Shown here: positions 12,739 to 25,826 of the stretch, one piece after another
How positions within the stretch are numbered: position 1 is the stretch's first letter
How the letters are laid out: each line of letters begins with the position of its first letter
Source: Squalus acanthias
Lineage: Eukaryota
Length of the DNA: 64,000 nucleotides
Assembly (NCBI GenBank): GCA_030390025.1
Contig: CM059441.1
Span: 67,146,001 to 67,210,000 of the forward strand
Reading direction: 5' to 3'
Position numbers and translations under genes: made by a program
The notes under the pieces: generated by a model
The model's database searches: none
What the model saw: the letters and a program-made list of their open reading frames with translations, nothing else
What the model was told of the DNA's origin: nothing

Positions 12739-13422
12739 CACTGCACTTGAGTTATGCAAGGTTGAAATTGCTCCATTATTGGTTATAATAGATATATTAG
12801 AAATAAAAACTGCTGCCAGCCTGTTCTCTAGCTGGTTTGGAGAACTGCCCGATGATCACTGACAAGAGAACAGGTTCTATAAAACTAATAAAAACATTAA
12901 TGTAAAAACAACATCACATAGTGATAACTAAAGCTGGTGACAATCTGGCTGAGCTATTTGGGTCAATTCTTAGGATGAAATTTGTGAATGTCCTATCCCA
13001 GAAGTCGATACCCTTTCAGTACATGCTTGAGCTGCCTGCAGTTCAAACATTCACCTTCAATTTGATATACCATAGAATTTACAACACGGCTAACAGCCGA
13101 ACGGGGAATTGGCTGGTGCATTGGCTTAAGCACGATCCTTTTTTGGGTTTTAATCTGGCTCATGTTGACACTCCAGAAACCAAAATGAAATAAATGAGCT
13201 TCGCTAAATCTTGCGATTTCTGTGCTTCTCAATATCTCAGTATTTCCATTTCTTCACCCGCACTATATAGAATATACAGCACAGAATCCGGCTATTCGGC
13301 CTGACCAGTCCACGCCAGTGGCTCAAGTGTTACATTTTCGGTCACGTACTCTGAAGTCCCAGCCACCGAGCACCCGACGTAATATCCAGCATGCACCGCC
13401 GAAGAAATGGGCACCGAGAAAC

Positions 13423-13627
13423 TCGGAAATAAAAACAGAAAATGCTGGAAACACTCAGCAGGTCAGGCAGCATCTGTGGAGAGAGAAACAGAGTTAAACG
13501 TTTCAGGTCAATCTTCTGACGAAAGGTCATCAACCTGAAATGTTAACTCAGTTTCTCTCCCCACAGATGCTGCCTGATCTGCTGACCATTGCCAGCATTT
13601 TCTGTTTTCATTTCAGATTTCCAGCAT
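13423..13627. mobile_element. Fold-back (palindromic) PLE derivative
   Basis: Inverted arms of the PLE 3' repeat; CTGACGA core at 13516; degenerate TSD GCACCGAGAAAC / GTACTGAGAAAC (10 of 12 match). Confidence 0.8.
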
Positions 13628-15799
13628 GTACTGAGAAACGCAGAACTGGTTTGCTGTTGCTCCTCGAACCTTGGTATCCATTTGTGCTGCTTCCAAATTT
13701 ATTGGTCAGTCGTTAATGGGAAATCTCTCCTGCATCCATTTTATGGTTGGGACTCCCACGGAGGTGACCACATTGAGGGGAATTAGCTCAGTTGCTCATT
13801 AACGCTTTTTTTTTGCACAGATACATACACCAAGTGTTTTCTTCTCTCCCTTCCACAGCTTCCCTGGACCACGAGTCGACTGCCGCTGATGCGTCACCAG
13901 CGCCCGAGTCGGCAACCGAAAGCGTTCGGAAACAGCCACAAAATAGCAGCTTGGCGGTTAGTCTCCCGCCAACCGACACCATTTGGTAAAACTCAAGTGA
14001 GCCGGGAACCCGCTGAGGTGGTGGAGTGAGAGAATCACGCGTGCAAACCCATGTCTCACAGCTCCATGGAATCCGGTGGTGGTCCTACAAGATGCAGCAT
14101 TACCAGAGCACCAGTGGGGCACCTCCTCACAGCTGATAGCAGTGCTCCCACTGACAAACCCCCCAAGAGCAGGATGTCCACTTAAATGCGTGGCAACAAT
14201 TCACAGCCTGGAGAGAACCTGATAGAGGGGGGGGAGGAAAAAGAGAGAGAAAAGTATTTGGGTGAAAGTAAACACAAGGTGCATTATGTCCTGCAACAGT
14301 TTAATTGGATTTTCACCACATAATTACCAGTCACAATATCACATACTTTAATGATTCCACATCAGGGTAGAATCTGCAGTTGAATGGACACTGAACTCAC
14401 ACTAAGTTTACTGAATGGTTCATCCATAACATTGTACGACAGCCAGATCCAGGTGTGACCTTGAGGCTGCCAATTTCCCAGACCACTAAGCACACAGCTA
14501 CTGAGTGCATTGTTCAATGGTACTCTTTGTAATTACATCTCTCTCTCAGTACCGTATCTGATAAATATTAACAGTCAATTTTTTTTTTAAAGTTATGTTT
14601 GCATTTACATAGCCTGGCAATCGTGTTAGCCTGTGTTCGAACCATTCAATAGCTGAATAAAAGGACATTGTGCAAGTCCATTAGGGAACCAGGCAGCCTT
14701 TGCCGATACAAAGCAGCTACGTTCTCGTCATATACCCCGTACATACCCTGCTTTGGCAGGGGAAACTAAAACTGTAACTAGTAAGGCCCAATCTTTCAGA
14801 TCCTGGCCAGCATGCACACTCAAGCAATTTAATTCCAACGGTCCCAAGTTCCAACTCCCAGTTCGTCCTGACTTACTTCATCTCAGCCTGGGAGGGCTGC
14901 TGGGGTGAGACACCCAGCCTCAAAAATATCTGGGACAGGAAAGCAGGGGGGGGAACAAGAGAAAAAAAAAACAGCCATGGTTCCTGTTCCTAATCGTCAC
15001 CCACTGATCCCTGGTGGCCTTGGGTTACTGCAGGCTCTTCTGCACAAATAGAGAGAAAGGTATTTATATTACCCTTATCATCTTCCCATATACTACCTTT
15101 GTATTATACAGGAAACTCTCGTTTAAACGGCACCTAAATATCTGGAATTCTCTATTAACCGGCAAAATTCATACTCCGAAAACACCACCTCAATAACCGT
15201 TTTGTTTCTCAAGAGAATTTAAATGAATAGTGAACAAATAACACCCCCCCCCCCCACACACAAAAATGAATGTAGTACAGTATCTATACTAAACTATTAT
15301 TTTGTTGTACAGTTATATTATTTTATACTTTCCAACTGCAAAGCTAAATGTCTTGATCTATTCCAAACTGACTCCTTCATATGAAAGGTTCTTAAAAAAA
15401 ACTTACAACTAGCTGTTAGGGTTTGTTGGATTTAAATAATTGTCAGCTTCAATCAAAAGGAGCTGCTTGTCCATCATGTAAACCAAATCGCACAACATGT
15501 TTACATGTGAAATATGGGGCCTGCTTCCTCCCTCAAGCACATTTGTGCGGAGACAACAGAACAAAACTCAACAACATTCGTATCGCGTTAGGCTGGGGGC
15601 CGGGTTTTGACTGCAGCTGGATTTAAAGTCCTTATGTAATGTGACTGGATTAATAATAGACCTCCACTGAGCCAAAACTAAACAAAAAAATACTTCATTT
15701 CTGTCACAACCCCCTTCCAAATAAAAAAAAACGCTTCCAACTCTCACCACATCCAAATTAAGATAGACTAGATAGCTGTAATGTTCACCCACAAATGTT

Positions 15800-15885
15800 T
15801 TTATTGTTTAATTTCAAAACCATGAGTAGAATATAAATATCAGTTCTTTCAGGCAAAGGATACGGACAGTATCAAACACTTTATT
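15800..15885 (-). terminator. Candidate NUDCD3 polyadenylation signals (two AATAAA)
   Basis: TTTATT on + at 15880-15885 and 15800-15805, about 325 and 405 nt after the stop codon, in AT-rich sequence. Confidence 0.5.
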
Positions 15886-16209
15886 TTCACTATTCACAGG
15901 AAAGCACTCGAAACCACAAACTTGGAGAAGTCGCTCACCTTAGCTTGAGACAGCAAATAAAGTCTCGGGAAAATGTAATATATGTAAAAATTAATATGAA
16001 TGAAGAAATAAATACATTTGTCTACTACAAAGACTTGGCAACCGATGCTTTGCAACGACCTCACTTGAAGCTCAGAGAAAGTCTCTTCGTTACTCGAGAA
16101 CAGAGTGCAATCCATGATTTGTGCTGATCTTCGGTGGCGTTGGAGGGGGGGGCAGCGGGGGGGGGTCAGGTGCGCGCCTTCTGCATACTGGTGGCGCTGG
16201 CAGGAGAAG

Positions 16210-16320
16210 TTAGAACTGCACTGCTCCGGGAGAAATGTTAAACAGAGATGGGTCAAACGTCTGTCCTTTGAATGGTGAGCCTTCAGCATCCCAGCCTTTC
16301 TTCAGCATCTCGTGCACTTT
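16210..16320 (-). CDS. NUDCD3: NUDCD3 last coding exon
   Basis: TTCTAG|KVHEMLKKGWDAEGSPFKGQTFDPSLFNISPGAVQF-TAA; spliced CDS totals 1089 nt = 362 aa plus stop. Confidence 0.96.
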   Translation of the reverse strand, partial: KVHEMLKKGWDAEGSPFKGQTFDPSLFNISPGAVQF

Positions 16321-16669
16321 CTAGAAACCGCCAACAAATGATAAAACAGTTTGAGAAAAGTGGGGGGGAAAATCTGCCATTTGTCGCAGTTTGTAACAAC
16401 GTAAGCCACATACACAAGTTCCCGCGTGTTCAGGAATGCAAGGTAAATACTGCCAGCTGAAACAACCGTCCGTACATTTACAGTTAAGTAACAAAAGAGC
16501 CAAAGGTAGCAGGAACGATTGGGAGAAGATAGAACAGTGGATTGGAAAATGATTTTTTCCACTACCAGAGTTCAAATTAATCTAAGGCTGCTCTTTCTAT
16601 CAGGGTCCATTGAGTATGAGTCAGTCTCAATCCAGTTCAAGTTCCACCAAAAATTTCCAACATCACCAA

Positions 16670-17305
16670 TTTGACCCTGAAATGAGCTTCCGACCACATA
16701 TCCACGGCATAACTAAGACCGCCTATTTCCACCTCCGGAACATCACCCATTTCTGCCCCTGCCTCAGCTCATCCGCTGCTGAAACCCTCATCCATGTCTT
16801 TGTTACCTCTAGACTTGACTATTCCAACGCACTCCTGGCTGGCCTCCCACATTCCACCCTCCGTAAACCTGAGGTGATCCAAAACTCGGCTGCCCGTGTC
16901 CTAACTCGCACCAAGTCCCATTCACCCATCACCCCCTGTGTTCGCTGACCTACATTGGCTCCCGATTAAGCAACGCCTCAATTTCAGAATTCTTATCCTT
17001 GTTTTCAAATCCCTATCTCTAATCTCCTACAGCAACCCCCCCCCCAGCCCCCCCCAAGAGATATCTGCGCTCCTCTAATTCTGCCCTCTTGAGCATCCCT
17101 GATTATAATCACTCAACCATTGGTGGCCGTGCCTTCTGTTGCCTAGGCCCCAAGCTCTGGAATTCCCTGCCTAAACCTCTCTTTCCTCCTTTAAGACACT
17201 CCTTAAAACCTACCTCTTTGACCACTTTTTTGTCTTATAATACTGCTGTGAAGCACCTTGGGACGTTTTACTACGTTAAAGGCAAGATACAAGTTGTTGC
17301 TGTTG
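16670..17305 (+). mobile_element. L2 LINE 3' fragment
   Basis: ETLIHVFVTSRLDYSNALLAGLP, GGRAF...LWNSLP; tail CTTGGGACGTTTTACTACGTTAAAGGC. Confidence 0.88.
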
Positions 17306-18404
17306 CTAAATTGGCAATCTTGTTCCGAGAGGCCTCAAGTTCAGGTGGTGTGGGAAATGGAGAGTTTTGAGGTTTCGATAAAATCGTATTATTGCAAGAA
17401 GTGAAGAAGGTTCACTTCATCCATCCTGTGCTGTGTCTGACCTTGGAGGTCTGGGTGCCAAACATTCAAGTGTACGACAGAACAGCACTTATAACATACA
17501 CAACCAGTGTAGCAACATCCATGGCCCTGTCATTTACATCCACACACAGAATCTACTCAATCACATCCATGGCCCTCCACTCCCTGGTGAATTAGTGCTC
17601 TGCCCACTCCTTTTAGAATGATTCCACCAGGCCGGCGTTACCCTCCATCAGTAGCTGTCTGTTGTCACCGACACTCAAGTGTGCAAAAGGTACATCTGAA
17701 CTTCAGACCAGCTGCGATAAAGGTTGTTCTGTGAACTGGATGGGGACGGGGGACAGGGAGGGAAACAGAAAGCGAGACCAAAAAAAAAATCCCAGCATTT
17801 TCGGCCCACTTTTTAAGACACTGAAGGGAAAGCAGCCAAACTTGTTTGATTTTGCCTGGAGCCTACAGCAAAAAAAAGTGTCACATAAGCATTCCTTAAA
17901 ATGGTCTCTAATGATCCAACTGGTTTGGCTGCCATTTCATTCTGCCATCAGCACAAATCTATATTTAGATGTAATTAAGACAGGTCTCCTGCAGAACATT
18001 TACCTACAGTTAAGTGCTTTGCCAATAGCATCATTTGTGTGTGGGAGCAACAACATTTCACTTCAGGATTCTGGCCACTCATGGTGCAGCAAAACACATG
18101 CCAACGAGCAACTTCAAATCACACAATTATGAAAAAAACAAAACAAATAGAATTTGCAGGCGAATTGTCTTAAGGACACGGGTATGAAGCTTGCGTAGAT
18201 TTTACAGCACAGAAACAGGACATTCGGCCCAACTGGCCTATGCTCCTCATGAGCCTCCTCCCACTGCTGTTGGGAGACGAAGTGAATGACACAGCATTGG
18301 AGGGGGGGTCACACAAGAGGAACCTAGACTTGGAATCAAAATTATGAAAGACAAGAAAAATTTGGAATCACTGGTTGACAAAAGAAAGCCTCATCAGAAG
18401 AACC

Positions 18405-18730
18405 GAAGAATTAGGAGCAGGAGTAGGCCATACTGCCCCTCGAGCCTGCTCCGCCATTCAAGAAGATAATGGCTGATCTTCGACCTCAACTTCACTTTCC
18501 CGTCTGATCCCCATATCCCTTGATTGCAACAATCTATGTATCTATCTCAGCCTTGAATATACTCAACCATTCAGCATCCACAGCCCTTTGGGGTAGAGAA
18601 TTCCAAAGATTCACAGCCCTCTGAATAAAGACATTTCTCCTCATCTCCAATCTTAGATGGCCGACCCCTTATCCGGAGACTACGCACCCTAGTTCTGGAC
18701 TCTCCAGCCAGGGGGGGAACAACCTTTCAG
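18405..18730 (-). mobile_element. CR1 3' fragment
   Basis: Same 3' UTR and ORF end as 5040-5400. Confidence 0.85.
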
Positions 18731-19809
18731 CAGAGGGTAGATCACTTAAATGTCTTAAAGTACTTCATACAGTCCCTTCACCACACGGACTGCAGCGGTT
18801 CAAGAAGGTGGCTCACCACCAGCTTCTCGAGGGCAATTAGGGATGGGCAATAAATGCTGGCCTTGCCAGCAGTGCCCACATCCCATGAATTAATTTTTAA
18901 AAAATGACTTTTTTTTTGAAGTGCAGTAACTACTGCTACGTAGGCAAATGTAGCAATCATTTTGCCCAAAACAAAATACCACAAACAGCAGTTTTATCTG
19001 CGATTGGTGGTGTTGGTCAAGACACTCGGAGAACACCCGGTTTGTCTTTAAATAGTGCCGTGGAATATTTAACATGTACCTGAACCACAAAAAGAAGCAA
19101 GTGGGTCTTGCTCAATGTTGCTGACCGTGCGGCACTCCTTCGGTACTGCACTGGAATGCCAGCCTAGAGTTTGGATTCAATTCTTGGCGTGAGGCTTGAA
19201 CCCACAACCTCTTGACTGAGAAGCAAGTGCATGACCAAATGAGGCAAGCGAACACCGGAATGAACAACAACTTGCACCTTTAGCGTAGTAAAATGTCCGA
19301 AGACGCTCACAGGAGCGTTATCAGACAAAAATTGACAACGAGCCCAAGGAGGAGACATTAGGACAGATGACCAAAAGTTTAGTCAAAGAGCTGGTTTTAA
19401 GGAGCATCTTCTTCAGAATACCAGCAGTGTGTGTATGGGAGGGACACAAACCAATTCTTATCCCAGTTTTCACTGAAGAGTGCTAAAATCCTGATCAAGG
19501 GATCTAACTTTTCATAAACCATTGTGGGAGCTGGAGGGAGGGGAAATTCACCTGGCACCACGCCTGCACACCCCCAAGCAGTTCAAGACCATCTCCCTAG
19601 AAACCCTAGCTCACAATCAAACTGGACAAGTAGTGGTACCTATATTCTGGTCCATTCGAGTGTACTGAAAAATCACCAACAAAATATAGAAAATTCTTAT
19701 TTATTCCATAAAAATCCTGACGTTTGCCAGCAGGGTTGTTTTTTTAATGTCTCACTCTGCCCTGGACTGCATTTTCCTCATTTATTCCTGCTACCCTTTT
19801 GTTTCGTTG

Positions 19810-19980
19810 AGTATATTCAAGACAGAGATCAATAGATCTTTTGGATATTAAGGGAATCAAGGGATATGGGGACAGTGCAGGAAAGTGGAGTTGAGGTAGA
19901 AGATCAGCCATGATCTTATTGAATGGCGGAGCAGGCTCGAGGGGCCGCATGGCCGACTCCTGCTCTTATTTCTTATGTTC
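19810..19980 (+). mobile_element. CR1 3' end
   Basis: CR1 3' UTR ending TTCTTATGTTC. Confidence 0.8.
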
Positions 19981-20458
19981 ACTGCTCCTTTTCTGACTAT
20001 ATCTCTCCTTTTTTTTGCCCTCTTCCCCGTCCCATTTCTTTGCTCGCTCTGGATCTCCTCTCAGCATTGTGGCAGCCCAGAGTTTTTGGACAATGGCTTC
20101 ACCATTTCAACACGCAGACAAATCACATCACAGTCACCAAGCGGTCACCAGGTAATTGGTCTGTGCCGGACTACTGACGTCAACAGAGCAGGGACGGTCA
20201 CGAGAAGAAAAGATTTTAAATTGTATTTCCCTTCTGCGGTTACCCTGCGCCAGCGCAGGCTTGGTCCCCAGAGAACTTGACCACAACGATCAGCGGAGTC
20301 CACAGGTTTCCCCTGCCTGCTAGATTATAAAATACAGGATTCCCCACATAGACTGAAAGTCGACACAGTGACAGTCCGAAACACAGGTTACTTCTCCAGA
20401 TAATGGTGCATGAAATGGGGAGGCCCTAAAGAGGGCGAAAATCACAAGGTGGGGGGGG

Positions 20459-21326
20459 TGTAAGGAAATCTCAATTAAATGATTCCTCGTGATTCAGGCT
20501 CGAACGTATTGTCCAATCTCAAAACTGAGATGAGGAGAAACTTCTTCACTCGGAGGGTAGTAAATCTATGGAATTTGCTACCTCAGAGAGCTGTGGAAGC
20601 TGCGACATTAAATAAATTTAAAACGGAGATAGACAGTTTCCTAGCTGATATGGGAATTAAGGGTTATGGGGAGCGGGCAGGGAAGTGGACGTGAGTCTAG
20701 GTTCAGATCAGCCATGATCCTATTGAATGGCGGAGCAGGCCCGAGGGGCCGTATGGCCGACTCCTGCTCCTACTTCTTAAGTTCTTATGTCCAAATGCAA
20801 GTTTATTGCTCAGACACCAATAGTATAATAACTATTGCGGTTATACAATAGACTCACACATCCTGGTTTTCTGCAGACCCGAGGTGATCAAACTTGGCCT
20901 CCGTAGGTGTTGGACTTCCGACCGTCCCGTGAGCTCTAACTCAAGGCTGTTACCTGCTCTTTGTATCCCCCTTTTTTGAGAGTCACATCACATGATGCCC
21001 AGAATGTATATTGAAGCGAGGTTCCTTCTCGTCAAACCACCAGACTTGACACAATAGCCATCTTGATGGTTTAACTGTTAATCAGTTCAACCTGACCTGC
21101 GGCCTTAATATTATAAACGGAACAGGACGACCGAGACAATCCCAGATAGTTAGTTAATGTGATAGCCCTTGGGTGCTTCCATTGTTCTGGCCAATACCTG
21201 AAACTCGCACCTGTCTGCTAGTTGCTACTTCCATTGTTCTGACTAATCTCCAATATTAGCATATTCTAAATCGGACAATGACCTAGAGATATGATGGGAC
21301 ACCTGACACAGAAGTAAGTTCGAACA
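20459..21326 (-). mobile_element. Probable solo LTR, interrupted by a CR1 3' fragment
   Basis: TGT...ACA termini with GGGGG on both flanks; minus-strand AATAAA at 20802-20807; duplicated CTTCCATTGTTCTG near 21176 and 21228. Confidence 0.55.
20517..20788 (+). mobile_element. CR1 3' fragment nested in the solo LTR
   Basis: KTEMRRNFFTRRVVNLWNLLP; TGTCCAA repeated at both junctions. Confidence 0.88.
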
Positions 21327-22895
21327 GGGGGAAATTATCTATTTAAACAAAAATGTTCAAATTTTTTATCTTCAAAAAGCACTCTCAAGGTTATTAAAAT
21401 GTGGAGCTCGAGTTACGATCACGTCAAAGACTCCTTTACAATGGGCCACTTGATTATCTAACATTGAAACTTGATGCAGTGATGCCTGCATTTCCCATTT
21501 ACTGATAACACACAATTGTAATTCTCGTAATCCGCACGCCAAGCCAGGGAAATCTTAGAGGAAATGAAGGCATTCTATCAACTTGGTCCATTTTTGTTTT
21601 TGCATTGACCTTGAAACAATGAAGTCATTTACGAAGTTTCATTTAACGGGTTGGATTCTACTGTAATATACTGTATTTTATTTAGGTCCATGATATACTT
21701 AAAGGATGCCCCAGTCATCAACTGCAAATAATTATTCGATTTAACTTCGGTCACAATAGTTAACCCTTCACTGTCAGTTTTATCATGTTTCCTTACTGGT
21801 GCTTTAATATATATCTTCCTCACCCCGTTTCCCCCCCACCCCTTCATCTTTTATCTTTTCTCCATACCAAATACCATTTTCAGGGGAGAGTATAGGCTGG
21901 CCTCTGTTTAAGTCACTGTAAGCGATTGTTCTCTGCAGGCACGTTGCAAACATGAAATTTGTTATGTTGCAATTAGTCCCTGAAAGAACATACCCGCGTC
22001 TGTCTGTCTTTCTTGGTCTCACTGACGTCAATAATTAGAACGGTTACTTTTTGAAACTATCAACCAAACAGTTGTAATTGGAGGCGGTTTCAAAATATTA
22101 CTTTTATTTATTAAAAAAAATCAAATTAGGATGCAGAAAGTCACTGTGTGTGTCTCAGCAAAAAAAGCTTTCTGAAGGTTTTAGCATCTTTATTAAGTAC
22201 CAACTAAAACTACAACAGGTATTATTTTAGCTCTTGTCTGTCTGTCTCTCTTTCACATACACACAACCCCCTCTGTTTCAGAACACACAATACATTTTAC
22301 CTGAATAAAGCTTTTGAACTTTGTCCTCTAGCTTTGCTTCAAATAATTTTGACAAAGAACTACATCGATTTTGTCAGAGACGGAAATAGAAGTATTCGAT
22401 CATTTGGCCAGCTTAAATGCTACTGACGCACACTGCAGATGCTCAGACTGTAGGACCTGCCTTTGGGTAGTAGTGTCACAGTTCTGAGCAAAAATATAAC
22501 GTCCAAGTCTAGACATGTGGGACAAGCAACACCTTCAAGGGAATTCTTTTTCATGAAGGCATTAAAAAGACAATAAAATTCATAATATTTCAGTAAAATA
22601 ACTTGTTAAAAGTTGTTTTAAAAACTTATTTCAGTTACTAAGAAAAAAAATGGGAGGCAAAGATTTTCTCGGCAAAATTTGGAGCGATTCCACTCGTTCC
22701 TCAACAAACCATGACTCCGAAACGTTGACATGTTCCTACGGGGGTTTTCCATTACAAATTTTGATATTCAACGTGTTACTGGAATTAAGGGCTGTGGACA
22801 GGAAGCTGGGTAATATTGAAGATTATTAATAATACATAAATAGATAGGTGGTCAGGGATTAGCGACTTTCGCCCCACTCCCGATCACTTGCTTAC

Positions 22896-23084
22896 CGTTT
22901 CGTGGCTCTGTGGCTTGCCCTGCATTTTCTGATGATAATCAAAGGTTAGTCTGTCCAGCACCGCATGCTCCTCCTCATCCACCGTTGCCATTGAGCGCTC
23001 TTTGTTTATCTTGTCTATGTCTATAGTCTCTTCGCCTTCTAGAATTGCGTTCCACCAGTATTCCCCGTTTTTACTCAGGTTAAT
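22896..23084 (-). CDS. NUDCD3: NUDCD3 coding exon 5 (not in the ORF track)
   Basis: Manual translation: AACAG|INLSKNGEYWWNAILEGEETIDIDKINKERSMATVDEEEHAVLDRLTFDYHQKMQGKPQSHET|GTAAG; 189 nt. Confidence 0.96.
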
Positions 23085-23807
23085 CTGTTAACAAAACGAA
23101 TAATTAAAAGTGGTTATTGCCTTTGCGAAACGCAACACTTAAAAGGCGCCTGGGAGTAGAGGGTGCAAATGCCCGCCGTGGTTGGAATGATCCACCCGAG
23201 TATGCAGAGACAAACAAGCAAAACAGCATTCGATGGAATTTAACATCGGAGAGCTTCCGTGCACTTCCTCCACTTGGAATATATTTATTGAAGGTCATTT
23301 AAACAAAACATCACAGTATCTCTTGGGAATTCCATATCCATATGAAAAGACTGGCTTGTTTTAAAAAAAAAGGGAAAGATACAACTGAAAGCACAAAACA
23401 GTCCTTTATTTCCAACGTGCACATCTTCTCCGGCAGACAAAAATAACAACAGCTCGGAGTGCAGTGATTTAAATAGTTTGCACGACTGGGAAATCTACAA
23501 CGTGAGCATTGTTGGCTTCAAGTCCTCCTTTCCCAATCCGTATTGTAAGGATGATGGGATGGACAAGCTTGAAAAGTTCTCCACAGACAAGATCAATATA
23601 CCCAGGCTTAACTCTCGAGCCGTGCAATATGTCTTCTTACCCACGTTTAAAATAACGGACAAACAAAAATTATTATTGACAGTTACAGTGATGGACTCCT
23701 GTTATTTGTAGCAAATTCTTCTACATTTTTGTAAGTTGGGGTAGGGGAGTTTAATGCCGTTTAGTGGAATAAACGTAAATGTCATAAATAAGGTCGCAAC
23801 ATTAATA

Positions 23808-24450
23808 AGAACATAAGACGTAGGAGCAGGAGCAGGTCATTTGGCCCCTCGAGCCTGCTCCGCCATTCAATAAGATCATGGCTGATCTGATCTTGGCCTC
23901 AACTCCACTTCCCTGCCCGCTCCCCATAACCCTTGACTCCCTTATCATTCAAAAATCTGTCTATCTCCACCTTAAATATATTCAATGACCCAGCCTCCAC
24001 AGCTCTCTGGGGAAGAGAATTCCAAAGATTCACGACCCTCAGAGAAGAAATTCCACCTCATTTCCGATTCAAAAGGGTGCCCCCTTATTCTGAAATTATG
24101 CCCCCTAGTTCTAGATTCCCCCACGAGGGGAAACATCCTCTCTGCATCTACCCTGTCAAGCCCCTTCAGAATCTTCTATGTTTCAATAAGATCCCCTCTC
24201 ATTCTTCTAAACTCCAATGAGTATAGGCCCAACCTGCTCAACCTTTCTTCATTAGATAACCCCTTCATCTCCAGAATCAACCTCGTGAACCTTCTCTGCA
24301 CTGCCTCCAATGCAAGTATGTCCTTCCTTAAATAAGGAGACCAAAACTGTACGCAGTACTCCAGGTGTGGTCTCACCAACGCCCTGTACAGTTGTAACAG
24401 GACTTCGCTACTTTTAGACTCCATTCCCTTTGCAATAAAGGCCAACATAA
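23808..24450 (-). mobile_element. CR1 3' fragment
   Basis: LLQLYRALVRPHLEYCVQFWSP...RMRGDLIET. Confidence 0.92.
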
Positions 24451-24899
24451 ACCCCAACAATTAAGCATCAAGTGACTCTAAAGAGTGAAATGCTATGGGG
24501 ATTTGACTCCACTTCTGTACCCTTGGACATCTGCCAAATAAGCCCTGTTTGAGCTCTTTTGCAGCCACGTTCAACAGAAGGCCATTCAGCCCCCGGAGCC
24601 TGAAATTGGCCCAGAAATATTTTTCTTCACTCACAGCTTTTCAGCCCAGTCCTTCTGAAGATATTATTGCCAGCCCAAGAGTTTTGTACAAAATTGTGGT
24701 ACATTTCTTGCTGGGAGCGACTGCATTTATATCCATAAATGTTTAATTGGGTCTTGTGTCTTAGAGCTTCTTTCTGCAACCAAAATTAATGCAATATGTC
24801 TCGGGAGGTAGGGATTATGAGAGAGATTAAAAAAAACTCAAAATAAAAGTCTAAAATGAACCATTTATTTTCTCAGAAAACTCCCAAATAAATCTCATT

Positions 24900-25252
24900 G
24901 AAACATAAGATTCTGAGGGGGATTGACAGGGTAGATGCTGAGAGATTGTTTCTGCTGGCTGGAGAGTCTAGAACTAGGGGGCATAGTCTCAGGATAAGGG
25001 GTCAGCCATTTAAGATGGAAATGAGAAATTTCTTCACTCAAGTGTTATGAATCTTTAAAATTCTCTGCCCCGAAGGGCTGTGGATGCTGAGTCGCTGAGT
25101 ATATTCAAGACTGATAGAGATAGATTTTTGGACACCAAGGGATCAGGCGGGAAAGTGGAGTTGAGTTCAACAATCAGCCATGATCTTATTGAATGGCGGA
25201 GCAGGCTCGAGGGGCCGTATGGTCTACTCCTGCTCCTATTTCTTATGTTCTT
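24900..25252 (+). mobile_element. CR1 3' fragment
   Basis: ORF2 end and TTCTTATGTTCTT tail. Confidence 0.85.
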
Positions 25253-25736
25253 AGAAAAATAAAAATCAATCAACCAGAGAGCTGGGTGCAAGTCATCCAG
25301 TCCTCTCTTACATTATGCAACTTGCGTGGGATTGAAAAATACAGGGGAAAGGCTGCAGCAAGTGATGGAAATCTTCAGCTTCACATTATTAAGCTGGGTT
25401 TGAATAGAACTGTTCCAAACTCTGAAGACTGCTTGTAGGCAGGTTAGGCCATTCTGCTCACTGCTAGCCATTCTTGACAAATTTAACATGAGAGTAAGTC
25501 TTGATCCCAGTGCCTCTTCTGGTGCATTTGCACTACACCTCCGGAGTCAGGTGAAGTGGTTTTGCATTGCATCACCCCACCTTGCCCATTACCGATGCAC
25601 AGCCCAGTTGGATTTTTTTTTGTCCACTGAAATCATGGATGGGAAATTGCAGAAGTTGGCCTGTGATTTTGAGAGATGCGCTGGTGGTGCTTGGGAGTCC
25701 TTAGCGCTGGCCTGTAATTGGAAAATAATCCCTCAT

Positions 25737-25826
25737 TGTGAAAATGCAAACCCAACTCTGGATTTACATGACATATTAGTGTGTGAAAATGCAAACCCAA
25801 CTCTGGATTTACATGACATATTAGTG
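25737..25826. repeat. Perfect 45-bp tandem duplication
   Basis: TGTGAAAATGCAAACCCAACTCTGGATTTACATGACATATTAGTG x2. Confidence 0.95.

Noticed and set aside
14548-14576. U2 snRNA-like words
   Set aside because: Match is short and not collinear with U2
1-16000. CAMK2B exons expected from human synteny
   Set aside because: No kinase-like exon recognised in this interval
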